64,000 nucleotides of DNA from Gammaproteobacteria bacterium (GTDB lineage: Bacteria; Pseudomonadota; Gammaproteobacteria; Ga0077536): assembly GCA_030833185.1 (NCBI GenBank), contig JAURHQ010000002.1, positions 4,870 through 68,869 of the forward strand, written 5' to 3'. Shown one piece after another: positions 31,503-41,413 of this stretch (position 1 is the first letter of the stretch; each line of letters starts with the position of its first letter). The position numbers were made by a program, and so were the translations under genes. A model generated the notes under the pieces. The model saw nothing but the letters and a program-made list of their open reading frames with translations. It was not told the DNA's origin and did no database searches.

Positions 31503-32768
31503 GTGTTCGCAAAAGACATGTGCATTCAGGCCTTTGATCCTGAACTCGCCGCCGCCCTGGCCAACGAAAGCCAGCGGCAAGAAGACCACATCGAACTCAT
31601 CGCGTCTGAAAACCACGCCAGCCCGCGCGTGCTCGAAGCCCAAGGTTCGGTGCTGACCAACAAATACGCCGAGGGTTATCCCGGCAAGCGCTACTACGGC
31701 GGTTGCGAATACGTCGATGTGGTCGAGCAACTCGCCATCGACCGCGCCAAGACCCTGTTTGGCGCCGCCTATGCCAACGTCCAGCCGCACTCCGGCTCGC
31801 AGGCCAACGGCGCCGTTTATTTGGCCATGCTGAACGCAGGTGACTGTGTGCTCGGCATGAGTCTCGCCCATGGCGGCCATCTGACGCATGGCGCGGCAGT
31901 GAATTTCTCGGGGCGGACCTACCGCGCCGTGCAGTACGGTCTGGATCCGGTGACCGGCCTTATCGACTACAGCGAGGTGGCGCGGCTGGCTCGCGAACAC
32001 CGCCCACGGATGATCATGACCGGCTTCTCGGCCTACTCGCGGATCATCGACTGGGCCAAGTTCCGGGAAATCGCCGACGAGGTGGGTGCGTATCTGGTCT
32101 CGGACATGGCGCATGTGGCCGGTCTGGTGGCGGTGGGCCTGTACCCCAGCCCGGTGGCGCTGGCCGATATGACAACCTCCACTACCCACAAGACGCTGCG
32201 CGGCCCGCGCTCCGGGATCATCCTGGGCAAGGGCAATGAGGAACTGGAGAAGAAGGTCAATTCGGCCGTCTTCCCGGGCACGCAGGGCGGCCCGCTGATG
32301 CACGTCATTGCGGCCAAAGCGGTGGCGTTCAAGGAAGCCCTCGCGCCCGAGTTCCGGGCCTATCAGGAACAGGTCCTGCGCAACGCGCGTGCGATGGCCG
32401 AGACCTTCCTCTCCTGTGGCTACGACGTGGTGTCCGGCGGCACCGACAACCATCTCTTCCTGCTTGACCTGAGCGCCAAGGGGTACACGGGGAAAGCGGC
32501 TGACGCGGCGCTCGGTCAGGCGTTCATCACGGTCAACAAAAACGCCGTGCCCAACGACAAACAGTCGCCGTTCGTCACCAGTGGCATCCGCATCGGGACC
32601 CCGGCGGTGACCACCCGCGGCTTCCGCGAAGACGAGGTGCGCACCGTGGCCCGCTGGATGTGCGAAGTGATGGACCACATGGACGACCAGTCGGTCATCC
32701 TGCGGGTACGTGAACAGGTGCGCGAACTCTGTCGCCAGTTCCCGGTGTACGCGGGCCACGGAGCATAG
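31503..32768 (+). CDS. glyA: serine hydroxymethyltransferase
   Basis: '[10 protein letters not shown]', PLP-lysine motif '[15 protein letters not shown]'. I chose GTG 31503 (product MFAKDM...) because GGAGGA lies 9 nt upstream. The ORF-track start 31377 gives a non-homologous extension. Confidence 0.97.
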   Translation: MFAKDMCIQAFDPELAAALANESQRQEDHIELIASENHASPRVLEAQGSVLTNKYAEGYPGKRYYGGCEYVDVVEQLAIDRAKTLFGAAYANVQPHSGSQANGAVYLAMLNAGDCVLGMSLAHGGHLTHGAAVNFSGRTYRAVQYGLDPVTGLIDYSEVARLAREHRPRMIMTGFSAYSRIIDWAKFREIADEVGAYLVSDMAHVAGLVAVGLYPSPVALADMTTSTTHKTLRGPRSGIILGKGNEELEKKVNSAVFPGTQGGPLMHVIAAKAVAFKEALAPEFRAYQEQVLRNARAMAETFLSCGYDVVSGGTDNHLFLLDLSAKGYTGKAADAALGQAFITVNKNAVPNDKQSPFVTSGIRIGTPAVTTRGFREDEVRTVARWMCEVMDHMDDQSVILRVREQVRELCRQFPVYAGHGA

Positions 32769-32774
32769 CGGCCC

Positions 32775-33302
32775 GTGCATTGCCCTTTTTGCACCCACGA
32801 CGACACCCGGGTCATCGATTCCCGCCTGCTGGGCGAGGGCGATCAGATCCGGCGCCGCCGTGAGTGCATGTCCTGCAAGGCGCGGTTTACGACCTACGAA
32901 ACCGCCGAGCTCAATTTGCCCAGGGTGATCAAAAGCGACGGCCGGCGCGAGACTTTCAGCGATGAAAAACTCCGGCGCGGGATCGTCAAGGCGCTCGAAA
33001 AGCGGCCGGTGCCCATGGAACGGGTAGAGGCCGCGCTGGACCGCATCCGGCGCCGCGTGCGCGAAAGCGGCGACCGCGAAATCGAATCCCGCCGGGTCGG
33101 CGAACTCGTGATGGAGGCGCTCCGCGGACTCGACCAGGTGGCCTACGTCCGCTTTGCGTCGGTCTATCGCAGCTTCGAGGACGTGAAGGCGTTTCTCGAA
33201 GAAATCGAGCGGTTGGAAAACGATTTGCCGCCCGGTCTGCGCGAACAGCAGCTGGCGCTGATTCCCGCCGAACGTCCGGACAAGACGCCGGACCGCAGCT
33301 GA
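32775..33302 (+). CDS. nrdR: transcriptional repressor NrdR
   Basis: Zinc ribbon 'MHCPFC...[12 protein letters not shown]' followed by an ATP-cone. Confidence 0.95.
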   Translation: MHCPFCTHDDTRVIDSRLLGEGDQIRRRRECMSCKARFTTYETAELNLPRVIKSDGRRETFSDEKLRRGIVKALEKRPVPMERVEAALDRIRRRVRESGDREIESRRVGELVMEALRGLDQVAYVRFASVYRSFEDVKAFLEEIERLENDLPPGLREQQLALIPAERPDKTPDRS

Positions 33303-33316
33303 CGCCGCCCGCGCGC

Positions 33317-34444
33317 ATGAGCGTCACGCTGCCAGAAGACGCCGCCTTTATGCGGCGCGCGCTGCAACTGGCGGCCGAGGGCCTGTATTCCACTACACCG
33401 AATCCTCGGGTGGGCTGCGTGCTGGTGCGCGACGGCCAGATTGTGGGCGAGGGCTTTCATCATCACGCCGGCGGTCCGCACGCCGAACGCGTCGCGTTGG
33501 CCGCTGCCGCCGGTGCGGCTCGCGGTGCGACCGCCTACGTCACGCTGGAGCCCTGTTGCCATCACGGCCGCACGCCACCCTGTACCGACGGGCTCATCGA
33601 GGCCGGCGTGGCGCGCGTGGTCTATGCCGATGGCGACAGCAATCCTCGGGTGGCTGGCGGTGGTGTGCGCCAACTCGAAGCTGCCGGCATTGCGGTTACC
33701 GGCGGGGTAATGGCCGATGAGGCGCGCCGTTTGAACCGCGGGTTTCACCACCGTCACGCCCACGGTCGACCCTTCGTCACGTTAAAGCTGGGCATGAGTC
33801 TCGACGGCAAGGTCGCGCTCGCCAACGGCGTCAGCCAGTGGATTACCGGCCCAGCTGCGCGCGCCGACGTGCAGCGCTGGCGTGCGCAGAGTTGCGCCAT
33901 CCTGACCGGCATCGGCACGGTGCTGGCCGACGATCCGCGGCTCACCGTGCGCGATGAGCGGTTTGATCTGGGCGGCCGGCAGCCGCTGCGCGTGATCATG
34001 GATCGCCAGCTGCGCCTGTCGCCGCACGCGCGAGTGCTGCAGGAAGCCGGCCGTTGTGTGGTCTTTACCCGGCAGGTCGAAGGCGCGGCGGCAGCGGCGC
34101 TACGGGACGCTGGCGCTGAGCTTGCGACCCTGGTCGATGTGAGCGCTGAGGATGAAATCCTGCACGTGCTCTCCCATCTTGGCGCGCGCGAAATCAACAA
34201 CCTGCTGGTCGAGGCCGGTCCGGGACTCGCGGGCGCGCTGGTCGCGGCCGGGGTGGTCGATGAGCTGGTGCTGTATCTCGCGCCGATGCTGCTGGGCGGT
34301 GCTGCGCAGAGCGCCTTTGCCCTGCCGGAACTTAAGGCCCTGCACGAGGCGAGTCGCTGGCGAATCGTCGAAACGCAGCCCATCGGCGAGGACCTGCGCC
34401 TCGTCGCCGAGGCTGCGCTTGGCTTGACGCTGCCCGGCTCATAA
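33317..34444 (+). CDS. ribD: bifunctional riboflavin deaminase/reductase
   Basis: CMP/dCMP deaminase zinc motifs 'HAERVAL' and 'PCCHHGRTPPC', with a C-terminal RibD reductase domain. Confidence 0.94.
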   Translation: MSVTLPEDAAFMRRALQLAAEGLYSTTPNPRVGCVLVRDGQIVGEGFHHHAGGPHAERVALAAAAGAARGATAYVTLEPCCHHGRTPPCTDGLIEAGVARVVYADGDSNPRVAGGGVRQLEAAGIAVTGGVMADEARRLNRGFHHRHAHGRPFVTLKLGMSLDGKVALANGVSQWITGPAARADVQRWRAQSCAILTGIGTVLADDPRLTVRDERFDLGGRQPLRVIMDRQLRLSPHARVLQEAGRCVVFTRQVEGAAAAALRDAGAELATLVDVSAEDEILHVLSHLGAREINNLLVEAGPGLAGALVAAGVVDELVLYLAPMLLGGAAQSAFALPELKALHEASRWRIVETQPIGEDLRLVAEAALGLTLPGS

Positions 34445-34458
34445 TCGATATTGCCCGG

Positions 34459-35109
34459 ATGTTTACCGGAATCATTCAGACCCTAGGGCGCATCGAGTCC
34501 TTGGTGCAGCAGGGCGACGCCGTACGCCTCACGATCGTCGCGCCCGACCTCGACACCAGCGACGTCGCCTTGGGCGATAGCATCGCGGTGTCCGGGCCCT
34601 GCCTGACGGCCGTTGCGTTGGGGCCCGATCGCTTCGAAGCCGACGTCTCTCCAGAAACCCTCGCCCGCACCAGTCTAGGCGGCAAACGCCCGGGCGATCA
34701 GGTCAATCTTGAAAAGGCCCTGCGGCTGTCGGACCGACTCGGCGGGCATCTGGTGAGCGGCCACGTGGACGGCGTTGGGGAAGTGCGCGAGCGCACCGCG
34801 CTCGAGCAATACGTAAAGTTTCGCATCGCGGCGCCGGCCGAGCTGGCCCGCTATATCGCCATGAAAGGTTCGATTGCCGTTGAAGGCGTCAGCCTGACGG
34901 TCAATGCCGTCGACGGCGTGGAATTCGAACTGATGATCATCCCGCACACGCTGGAGCGTACTACGCTCGGCGCGCTGCAAGCGGGAAGCCGGGTCAATCT
35001 CGAAATTGATCTGGTGGCCCGCTATCTCGAGCGCCTGCACGGTCAGGACGCCCCTGCGGCACAGACGGGGGGCGCCTACGCGCCGCCAGCAGGACCGCTC
35101 GCCTCCTGA
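34459..35109 (+). CDS. ribE: riboflavin synthase alpha chain
   Basis: 'MFTGIIQ' start and duplicated lumazine-binding repeats ('GDSIAVSGPCLT', 'GSIAVEGVSLTV'). Confidence 0.92.
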   Translation: MFTGIIQTLGRIESLVQQGDAVRLTIVAPDLDTSDVALGDSIAVSGPCLTAVALGPDRFEADVSPETLARTSLGGKRPGDQVNLEKALRLSDRLGGHLVSGHVDGVGEVRERTALEQYVKFRIAAPAELARYIAMKGSIAVEGVSLTVNAVDGVEFELMIIPHTLERTTLGALQAGSRVNLEIDLVARYLERLHGQDAPAAQTGGAYAPPAGPLAS

Positions 35110-35173
35110 GCCGGGACCCTCCCGCGCTTTTTCTCCAACCCGGTACGCAATCGGCACTAAGCCTGGAACAGCG

Positions 35174-36292
35174 ATGAATCTCAACTCCATCGAGGAAATC
35201 ATCGAAGACATTCGCCTCGGGCGCATGGTCATCATCATGGACGACGAAGACCGCGAGAATGAAGGCGACTTCCTTCTGGCGGCCAGCCACTGCACCGCAG
35301 AGCACGTGAACTTCATGGCCCGTTACGGGCGCGGACTGATCTGCCTCACGCTCAGCGAGGCGCGTTGTCAGCAGCTGAACCTGCCGCTGATGGTGCAGGA
35401 CACCCGCTACACCCACCGCACGAACTTCACGATGTCGATCGAAGCAGCCGAAGGCGTCACGACCGGCATTTCGGCGGCCGATCGCGCGCGGACCATCCAG
35501 GTGGCGGTGGCGCCCGGCGCCAAACCCTCTGACATCGTGCAGCCGGGGCATATTTTTCCGTTGAAGGCGCAGAACGGCGGCGTGCTGGTGCGCGCCGGGC
35601 ATACCGAGGCGGGTTGCGATCTGGCGCAGATCGCGGGACTCGAAGCGGCGGCCGTGATCGTCGAGATTCTGAACGACGACGGCACCATGGCCAGGCGTCC
35701 GGATCTGGAAAAGATCGCGGCCCAGCACCAGCTCAAAATTGGCACCATCGCCGACCTCATCCGCTTCCGGATTGAGAACGAGAAAACCGTGGAGCGCGCC
35801 GCCGAGGCGGTGCTGCCGACGGAGTTCGGCGAGTTCCATCTCACCGTTTACCGCGACCGGATGCACGGCGACCTGCACCTCGCGATGGCCCGGGGCAACA
35901 TCCAGCCCGAGCGCCCGACGCTGGTTCGCGTACACATCTATAACCCGTTTGAGGACCTCACCGCGAGCATCCGCCCCGACGCCGGCTGGCCGCTGCGCGA
36001 TGCCTTGCGCCGCGTGGCAGAGGCCAATGAGGGCGTGGTGGTGGTGTTGAGCAATCAGGTGGGCAACGAAGAACTCATTCGTCAGGTCATGCACTACGCC
36101 AAGGGCAATGTTGAGGTGACCGACGCGCTGTCCGGCAAGTCCCAGAAGAGCCTGCCCGATTGGCGGCAGAGTGGTCTGGGCGCGCAGATCCTTGCCGACC
36201 AGGGCGTGCGCAAAATGCGGGTGATGAGCAATCCCCGCCGTTACCACGCGCTGTCGGGCTTCGGGCTCGAAGTCGTCGAATACGTCAGCTGA
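35174..36292 (+). CDS. ribB: 3,4-dihydroxy-2-butanone-4-phosphate synthase fused to a degenerate GTP cyclohydrolase II-like domain (RibBX type)
   Basis: DHBP synthase '[10 protein letters not shown]' and 'RAGHTEAG'. The C-terminal half aligns to GCH-II, but the zinc Cys positions are lost ('[24 protein letters not shown]'). Start trimmed to ATG 35174. Confidence 0.9.
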   Translation: MNLNSIEEIIEDIRLGRMVIIMDDEDRENEGDFLLAASHCTAEHVNFMARYGRGLICLTLSEARCQQLNLPLMVQDTRYTHRTNFTMSIEAAEGVTTGISAADRARTIQVAVAPGAKPSDIVQPGHIFPLKAQNGGVLVRAGHTEAGCDLAQIAGLEAAAVIVEILNDDGTMARRPDLEKIAAQHQLKIGTIADLIRFRIENEKTVERAAEAVLPTEFGEFHLTVYRDRMHGDLHLAMARGNIQPERPTLVRVHIYNPFEDLTASIRPDAGWPLRDALRRVAEANEGVVVVLSNQVGNEELIRQVMHYAKGNVEVTDALSGKSQKSLPDWRQSGLGAQILADQGVRKMRVMSNPRRYHALSGFGLEVVEYVS

Positions 36293-36306
36293 AAGAGGGG
36301 ACTGCT

Positions 36307-36780
36307 ATGAGCGGCATCACTGTGGTTGAAGGCGCTGTGAACCCCGAGTCGGGCGTGCGCATTGGCATCATCGCCGGACGTTTCAACAGCTTTATCGTCG
36401 AGCCGCTGGAGCGGGGCTGCGTCGAGACGCTGCGCCGGCACGGCCTGCCTGAGTCGGCGATCACCATCGTGCGCGTGCCGGGTGCCTACGAAATGCCGGT
36501 GGTGGCGAAGAAAATGGCCGCAAGCGGCAAGTTCGACGCGGTGATTGCGCTGGGAGCCGTCATTCGCGGCGCCACCGCGCACTTCGAGTACGTGGCCGGC
36601 TCCTGCGCCAGTGGGCTTGCCGGGGTGGCGATCGAGACCGGCGTGCCGGTCATTTTTGGCGTGCTCACCGTCGACACCATTGAGCAGGCGATCGATCGCG
36701 CGGGCGCCAAGTCGGGCAACAAGGGCGCCGAGGCGGCCGTGACCGCAATCGAAATGGTTTCGTTGCTGCGATCCTTGTGA
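36307..36780 (+). CDS. ribH: 6,7-dimethyl-8-ribityllumazine synthase
   Basis: '[13 protein letters not shown]', 'VPGAYEMP', '[19 protein letters not shown]'. Start trimmed to ATG 36307. Confidence 0.95.
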   Translation: MSGITVVEGAVNPESGVRIGIIAGRFNSFIVEPLERGCVETLRRHGLPESAITIVRVPGAYEMPVVAKKMAASGKFDAVIALGAVIRGATAHFEYVAGSCASGLAGVAIETGVPVIFGVLTVDTIEQAIDRAGAKSGNKGAEAAVTAIEMVSLLRSL

Positions 36781-36813
36781 GCAGCCCCTGCGCGATGAAC
36801 GAGGCCTGAGCCG

Positions 36814-37257
36814 GTGGCCTCTCCCAGTTTTGCCCGGGTCAGGGCACGGCGTTGCGCGGTGCAGGCGCTGTATCAATGGCATTTGTCCGGCGAGGCGCCG
36901 GAAACCATCGTCGCCGAGTTTCTTCGCGACCGTGAAGTTGAAAGCGCCGACCTTGAATACTTCTCGACCCTGACGCGCGAGATTGTGCGCTTTGAGCCGG
37001 CGTTGCGCGCCGAGCTCGAGACCGCAATCGATCGGCCATGGGAACGCATCGGCCCAGTCGAACGCAGTGTGCTGTTGCTCGGGGTGTACGAGCTGCTGCA
37101 CAGCCCGCACATTCCCTGGCGGGTGGTGGTGAACGAAGGCATCGAGCTGTGCAAGATGTTCGGTGCCGATGAAGCCCATCGCTACGTCAATGGCGTGCTC
37201 GATAAGCTGGCGCGCCGCATCCGCAAAATCGAAGTTGAAGGCATGACCGGACGCTGA
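36814..37257 (+). CDS. nusB: transcription antitermination factor NusB
   Basis: 'RARRCAVQALYQW', 'HRYVNGVLDKLA'. Conserved ribH-nusB-thiL order. Confidence 0.93.
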   Translation: MASPSFARVRARRCAVQALYQWHLSGEAPETIVAEFLRDREVESADLEYFSTLTREIVRFEPALRAELETAIDRPWERIGPVERSVLLLGVYELLHSPHIPWRVVVNEGIELCKMFGADEAHRYVNGVLDKLARRIRKIEVEGMTGR

Positions 37258-37266
37258 GCCCGGCCG

Positions 37267-38223
37267 ATGACCGAATTCGAGCTGATCGAACGCGTATTTC
37301 GTCCGCTGGACGGCGGGCGTGATGACGTGGCGATCGGCATCGGTGACGATGCCGCCGTCTTGCTGCTTCCTTCTGGTCACGAACTTGTTGCCTGCGTCGA
37401 TACGCTGGTGGCAGGCGTCCACTTTCCGCTCGACTGCAGCCCGTTCGACATCGGCTGGCGCGCAGGCGCGACCAATCTCAGCGACCTCGCGGCGATGGGG
37501 GCCGAGCCGCGCTGGGCAACGCTGGCGTTGACCTTGCCGCAGGCCGATCCGGAGTGGTTAAGCGCGTTTGCCGAAGGACTGGCGGCGGTCTTGCGCCCCC
37601 GGCAGGTCGCGCTGGTTGGTGGCGATACCACGCGCGGGCCTTTGACGGTTTCCTTGCAAGCGATGGGCAGCGTGCCGGCCGGGCTGGCGCTACAGCGCGG
37701 TGGCGCCCGGGCGGGCGATCTGGTGTACGTCTCGGGCACGCTGGGGGATGCGGCCGCCGGCCTGCAGCTACTGGCGGATCCCGCGCCTGCTGGTAGTCCG
37801 CAGGCCTTCCTGCGCCAGCGCTTCCTGCAGCCCACGCCCCGTCTCGCGCTGGGGCGGGCCCTGCGCGGGTTAGCAAGCAGCTGCATTGATGTCTCCGACG
37901 GCCTGCTCGCCGATGCCGGCCATCTGGCGTCGGCCAGCGAGGTGCAACTCTGCCTGCGCGCAGCGGTGTTGCCGCAGTCGGCCGGCCTGCTGGCCTGTTT
38001 CGATGCCGCCACCGCGCTGCGTCTCGCCGCCACCGGCGGCGATGACTACGAACTGTGTTTCACGCTGTCGCCTGCCCAAAGCGCCAAGCTGTCGGTGCTG
38101 GCACGCGAACTGGATTGCGCGCTGACCTGCATCGGTGTTGTGCGCGAAGGGAGCGGGCTGCAGTTGCTGGCCGAGGACGGGACGGCCCTCGCGTTTGATC
38201 GCAGCGGCTATCGGCATTTCTGA
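37267..38223 (+). CDS. thiL: thiamine-monophosphate kinase
   Basis: 'EFELIERVF', 'IGDDAAVL', 'DTLVAGVHF', 'GGDTTRGPL'. Confidence 0.92.
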   Translation: MTEFELIERVFRPLDGGRDDVAIGIGDDAAVLLLPSGHELVACVDTLVAGVHFPLDCSPFDIGWRAGATNLSDLAAMGAEPRWATLALTLPQADPEWLSAFAEGLAAVLRPRQVALVGGDTTRGPLTVSLQAMGSVPAGLALQRGGARAGDLVYVSGTLGDAAAGLQLLADPAPAGSPQAFLRQRFLQPTPRLALGRALRGLASSCIDVSDGLLADAGHLASASEVQLCLRAAVLPQSAGLLACFDAATALRLAATGGDDYELCFTLSPAQSAKLSVLARELDCALTCIGVVREGSGLQLLAEDGTALAFDRSGYRHF

Positions 38224-38321
38224 GCGCGAGAGCGGACAGCGGCTAGCGACCGTTTTGGGTTAGGCTTGCGGCCATCGTTAACACCCTCTGGTCCGCCGCC
38301 TCAAGCTCAGGAGGATTCATC

Positions 38322-39134
38322 ATGTTGCGAGTTCCCGCCATCTGCCGCGCCATCGTCCTGCTTGGACTCTGGGGCGCGGCGCTCACCGCGGCCGCAGCGA
38401 GCCAGTCGCCGGTCGATGTCTGGCAAACCTTCCTCAAGCCCAAATATTTTGCCGCGACCCCGATCATCGAAGACCGCACGGTCATCGAACTCAGCACGCC
38501 TTATCGCGCCGAGGATGCCGCCTTCACGCCGGTGACCATCAAGGCGCAGTTTCCGCAGAGCGCGGCGCGCTATATCCAAAAGATTTACGTCATCGTCGAT
38601 AACAATCCCGAGCCGCTCGCCGGTGTGTTTACCCTGACGCCCGAGATGGGACGCGCGGATCTCGCGCTACGCCTGCGCATTAATGAATACACCAACGTGC
38701 GCGCGCTGGCGGTGCTCAACACGGGTGAAACGCATATGGCGTTGAACTACGTGAAAGCGCAGGGCGGCTGCTCGGCCCCGCTAGGGTCGGACTTCAAGGC
38801 GGCGCTGGGGCGCATGGGCAGCATGAACTTTCGCACGCTGGGGGAGGTGAATGCCGACCACACCCTGGTCGGCCAGCTGATGCTCAGCCATCCCAACGTG
38901 ACCGGCATGCAGAAAGATCAGAAGACCCAGCTCATTCGCCCTGCGCACTACGTCAAGTCGCTGAAGATTTATCTGGATGAGCGCCTGATTATGGAGGCGG
39001 AAACAGGGATTGCGATCAGCGAAGACCCGAGCTTCCGCTTCTTTTTCAAACCCTCGACGACGGGTGAACTGAAAGCCGACGTCGTCGACTCCAAGGGTCA
39101 GGCCTGGTCGCATAAATTCAAGGTTGGCAGTTGA
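38322..39134 (+). CDS. secreted fused SoxY-SoxZ-like sulfur-carrier-type protein
   Basis: Signal peptide 'LLGLWGAALTAAAAS'. The SoxY-like half ends in an internal 'KAQGGCSAP' (GGC carrier-cysteine motif). The SoxZ-like half has 'LSHPNVTGMQKD...IRPAHYVKSLKIYLD..LIMEAETGIAISEDPSFRFFFK'. Strong RBS AGGAGG upstream. Confidence 0.7.
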   Translation: MLRVPAICRAIVLLGLWGAALTAAAASQSPVDVWQTFLKPKYFAATPIIEDRTVIELSTPYRAEDAAFTPVTIKAQFPQSAARYIQKIYVIVDNNPEPLAGVFTLTPEMGRADLALRLRINEYTNVRALAVLNTGETHMALNYVKAQGGCSAPLGSDFKAALGRMGSMNFRTLGEVNADHTLVGQLMLSHPNVTGMQKDQKTQLIRPAHYVKSLKIYLDERLIMEAETGIAISEDPSFRFFFKPSTTGELKADVVDSKGQAWSHKFKVGS

Positions 39135-39176
39135 GGCGCCCTAACGGGCAGCCAACAGCGCTCAAGGAGTTCACCG

Positions 39177-39926
39177 GTGTCTGAAAGTTTTCGCGCGCGT
39201 TTGCGCAAAGGGGAATCGCTGGTCGGCACGATCGTGGCGATCGAGTCGCCCGAGGTGGTCGAAGTATTGGCAGCGTCCGGCTTCGACTGGTTGTTTATCG
39301 ACGCCGAGCATTCCCCGCTGTCGCCCGCCGGCGTGCAACGGATGTTGATTGCCGCGGGCGCCGTGCCTTGCGCGGTCCGTGTGCCCTGCAATGACGAAGC
39401 CTTCATCAAGCAGGCGCTGGATGCTGGCGCGGCGGGCATTATCGTGCCGCAGGTCAACACGCCCGAGGCGGCGGCGCTGGCGGTTCATCGCGCGAAATAT
39501 CCGCCGGCCGGTTTGCGCGGCGTGGGCCCGTCGCGGGCGCTTGGGTACGGCTACGGCATTGCCGATTATGTGGCCAGGGCCAACGAAGATACGGCGGTGA
39601 TCGTGCAGGCCGAACACATCGACGCCGTGGCAGCGATTGATGACATCGTGGCGGTGCCCGGCGTCGATGCCATTTTTATCGGGCCGTTTGATCTCTCGCT
39701 CAGCATGAATCTGCCGGGGCAGGTCGACCATCCGGCGGTCGTCGCCGCGATCGAACGGGTGCGTGAAGCGACTTTGCGTGCCGGTTTGCCGCTGGGCTAT
39801 TTCGGTGTTGGCCCGGAGTCGGTTCGGCACTGGATGGCGCGCGGCTTCAGCCTGCTCGCCTGCGGTGTGGATCTGATGATGCTCGGCGCGCGGGCTCGCG
39901 AGGTCGCGGCCAGCTTGCGGGGCTGA
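39177..39926 (+). CDS. HpcH/HpaI-family aldolase (2,4-dihydroxyhept-2-enedioate aldolase-like)
   Basis: 'GFDWLFIDAEHSP', 'VRVPCNDEAFIKQALDAGAAGIIVPQV', 'YPPAGLRG', 'IGPFDLS'. Confidence 0.85.
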   Translation: MSESFRARLRKGESLVGTIVAIESPEVVEVLAASGFDWLFIDAEHSPLSPAGVQRMLIAAGAVPCAVRVPCNDEAFIKQALDAGAAGIIVPQVNTPEAAALAVHRAKYPPAGLRGVGPSRALGYGYGIADYVARANEDTAVIVQAEHIDAVAAIDDIVAVPGVDAIFIGPFDLSLSMNLPGQVDHPAVVAAIERVREATLRAGLPLGYFGVGPESVRHWMARGFSLLACGVDLMMLGARAREVAASLRG

Positions 39927-39964
39927 CCGTTGTCATACCGCTTTGCAGCATTTATGCTCGAGCC

Positions 39965-41410
39965 ATGATGGAGATCAATTGGCGCGAGTACGTTAAGGGA
40001 ACGGCCTGCGACGAACTGGTCGCGGGCGGTGGCCGGGCGCGACCTGGCGCTGGTTCCTTGCTCAAGCATTTGCGGGAACTGGGCGGTGAAGAACTGCTCC
40101 ACCGCAAGAAGGCCGCCGAGCAGGCCATACGCGCCATGGGCATCACCTTCACCGTCTACAGCGAAGGCGCCAATCTCGATCGCCAATGGCCCTACGACAT
40201 CATCCCGCGCATCCTGCGGGCGACCGAATGGGCCCGGATCGAAACGGGTCTGCGCCAGCGACTCGCGGCGCTCAATCACTTCATCGACGACGTCTATAAC
40301 GAACAGCGCATTTTTCGCGACGGCGTGGTGCCGCGCGATGTCGTGATGGATGCCGGCAACTTCCGCGAGCAATGCGCGGGCATGCGGCCCTTGCACGGCG
40401 TGTGGGCGCATATCTGCGGCAGCGATCTGGTGCGCGACAAGGACGGCAAGGTCTACGTGCTGGAAGACAACCTGCGGGTGCCGTCCGGCGTGTCCTACAT
40501 GCTGGAGAACCGGCGCATCACCAAGCGGGTGTTTCCGGAACTCTTTGAGGCCTGCAAGATCGGGCCGATCGATGAATACCCCGCGCAGTTGTTCGACACC
40601 CTGGCCTCACTCTCGCCGCGCGCGCAGGACGACCCGGAAATCGTGGTGCTGACGCCCGGCATCTTTAACTCAGCCTATTTCGAGCACGCTTTTCTGGCCC
40701 AGCAGATGGGCGCAGAACTGGTGGAAGGCGGCGACCTCGTCATCGGGGCGGACGACTGCGTGTACATGCGGACCATTCGCGGGCTGGCGCGGGTCGACGT
40801 CATCTATCGCCGGATTGACGATGCATTCCTCGACCCCGAAGCCTTCCGCCCGGACTCCATGTTGGGGGTGGCGGGACTGATGCGGGCCTGGCGTAAAGGG
40901 CGCGTCGCGATTGCCAACGCGCCGGGTACGGGTGTGGCCGACGACAAGGTCGTCTACGCCTACGTGCCGGCGATGATCAAATACTATCTGGGTGAGGATG
41001 CCATCCTGCCCAATGTGCCGACCTACCTCTGCTTCGACCCCAAGCAGCGCCAGCACGTGCTGGCCAATCTCGACAAGCTGGTGGTGAAGCCGGCCAACGA
41101 GTCCGGCGGTTACGGGATCATGATTGGGCCGGCGGCGAGTCGCGCCACGCGGGACCAATTTGCGAAGCTGATTCAGGCCAATCCGCGCAATTACGTCGCG
41201 CAGCCGACGCTCTCGCTGTCGACCACGCCTACCATCCTGGGGCGCGAACTTGCCCCCTGCCACATCGACCTGCGGCCGTTCAGCCTGCAGGGCGCGCGGC
41301 ACTATACGACTGCCGGCGGCCTGACCCGGGTCGCCATGCGACGCGGCTCGCTGGTGGTCAACTCCTCGCAAGGCGGGGGCAGCAAGGACACCTGGATCGT
41401 GGCGGACTGA
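39965..41410 (+). CDS. circularly permuted type-2 ATP-grasp protein (COG2308 amidoligase)
   Basis: 481 aa with 'GITFTVYSEG...WPYDIIPRIL' and 'YVLEDNLRVPSGVSYMLENR', immediately followed (3 nt) by an alpha-E gene. Confidence 0.88.
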   Translation: MMEINWREYVKGTACDELVAGGGRARPGAGSLLKHLRELGGEELLHRKKAAEQAIRAMGITFTVYSEGANLDRQWPYDIIPRILRATEWARIETGLRQRLAALNHFIDDVYNEQRIFRDGVVPRDVVMDAGNFREQCAGMRPLHGVWAHICGSDLVRDKDGKVYVLEDNLRVPSGVSYMLENRRITKRVFPELFEACKIGPIDEYPAQLFDTLASLSPRAQDDPEIVVLTPGIFNSAYFEHAFLAQQMGAELVEGGDLVIGADDCVYMRTIRGLARVDVIYRRIDDAFLDPEAFRPDSMLGVAGLMRAWRKGRVAIANAPGTGVADDKVVYAYVPAMIKYYLGEDAILPNVPTYLCFDPKQRQHVLANLDKLVVKPANESGGYGIMIGPAASRATRDQFAKLIQANPRNYVAQPTLSLSTTPTILGRELAPCHIDLRPFSLQGARHYTTAGGLTRVAMRRGSLVVNSSQGGGSKDTWIVAD

Positions 41411-41413
41411 CCC

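Noticed and set aside
35110-35173. FMN riboswitch upstream of ribB(X)
   Set aside because: The ribE-ribB gap is only 64 nt, too short for an FMN aptamer, and it lacks the conserved FMN-element sequence blocks.
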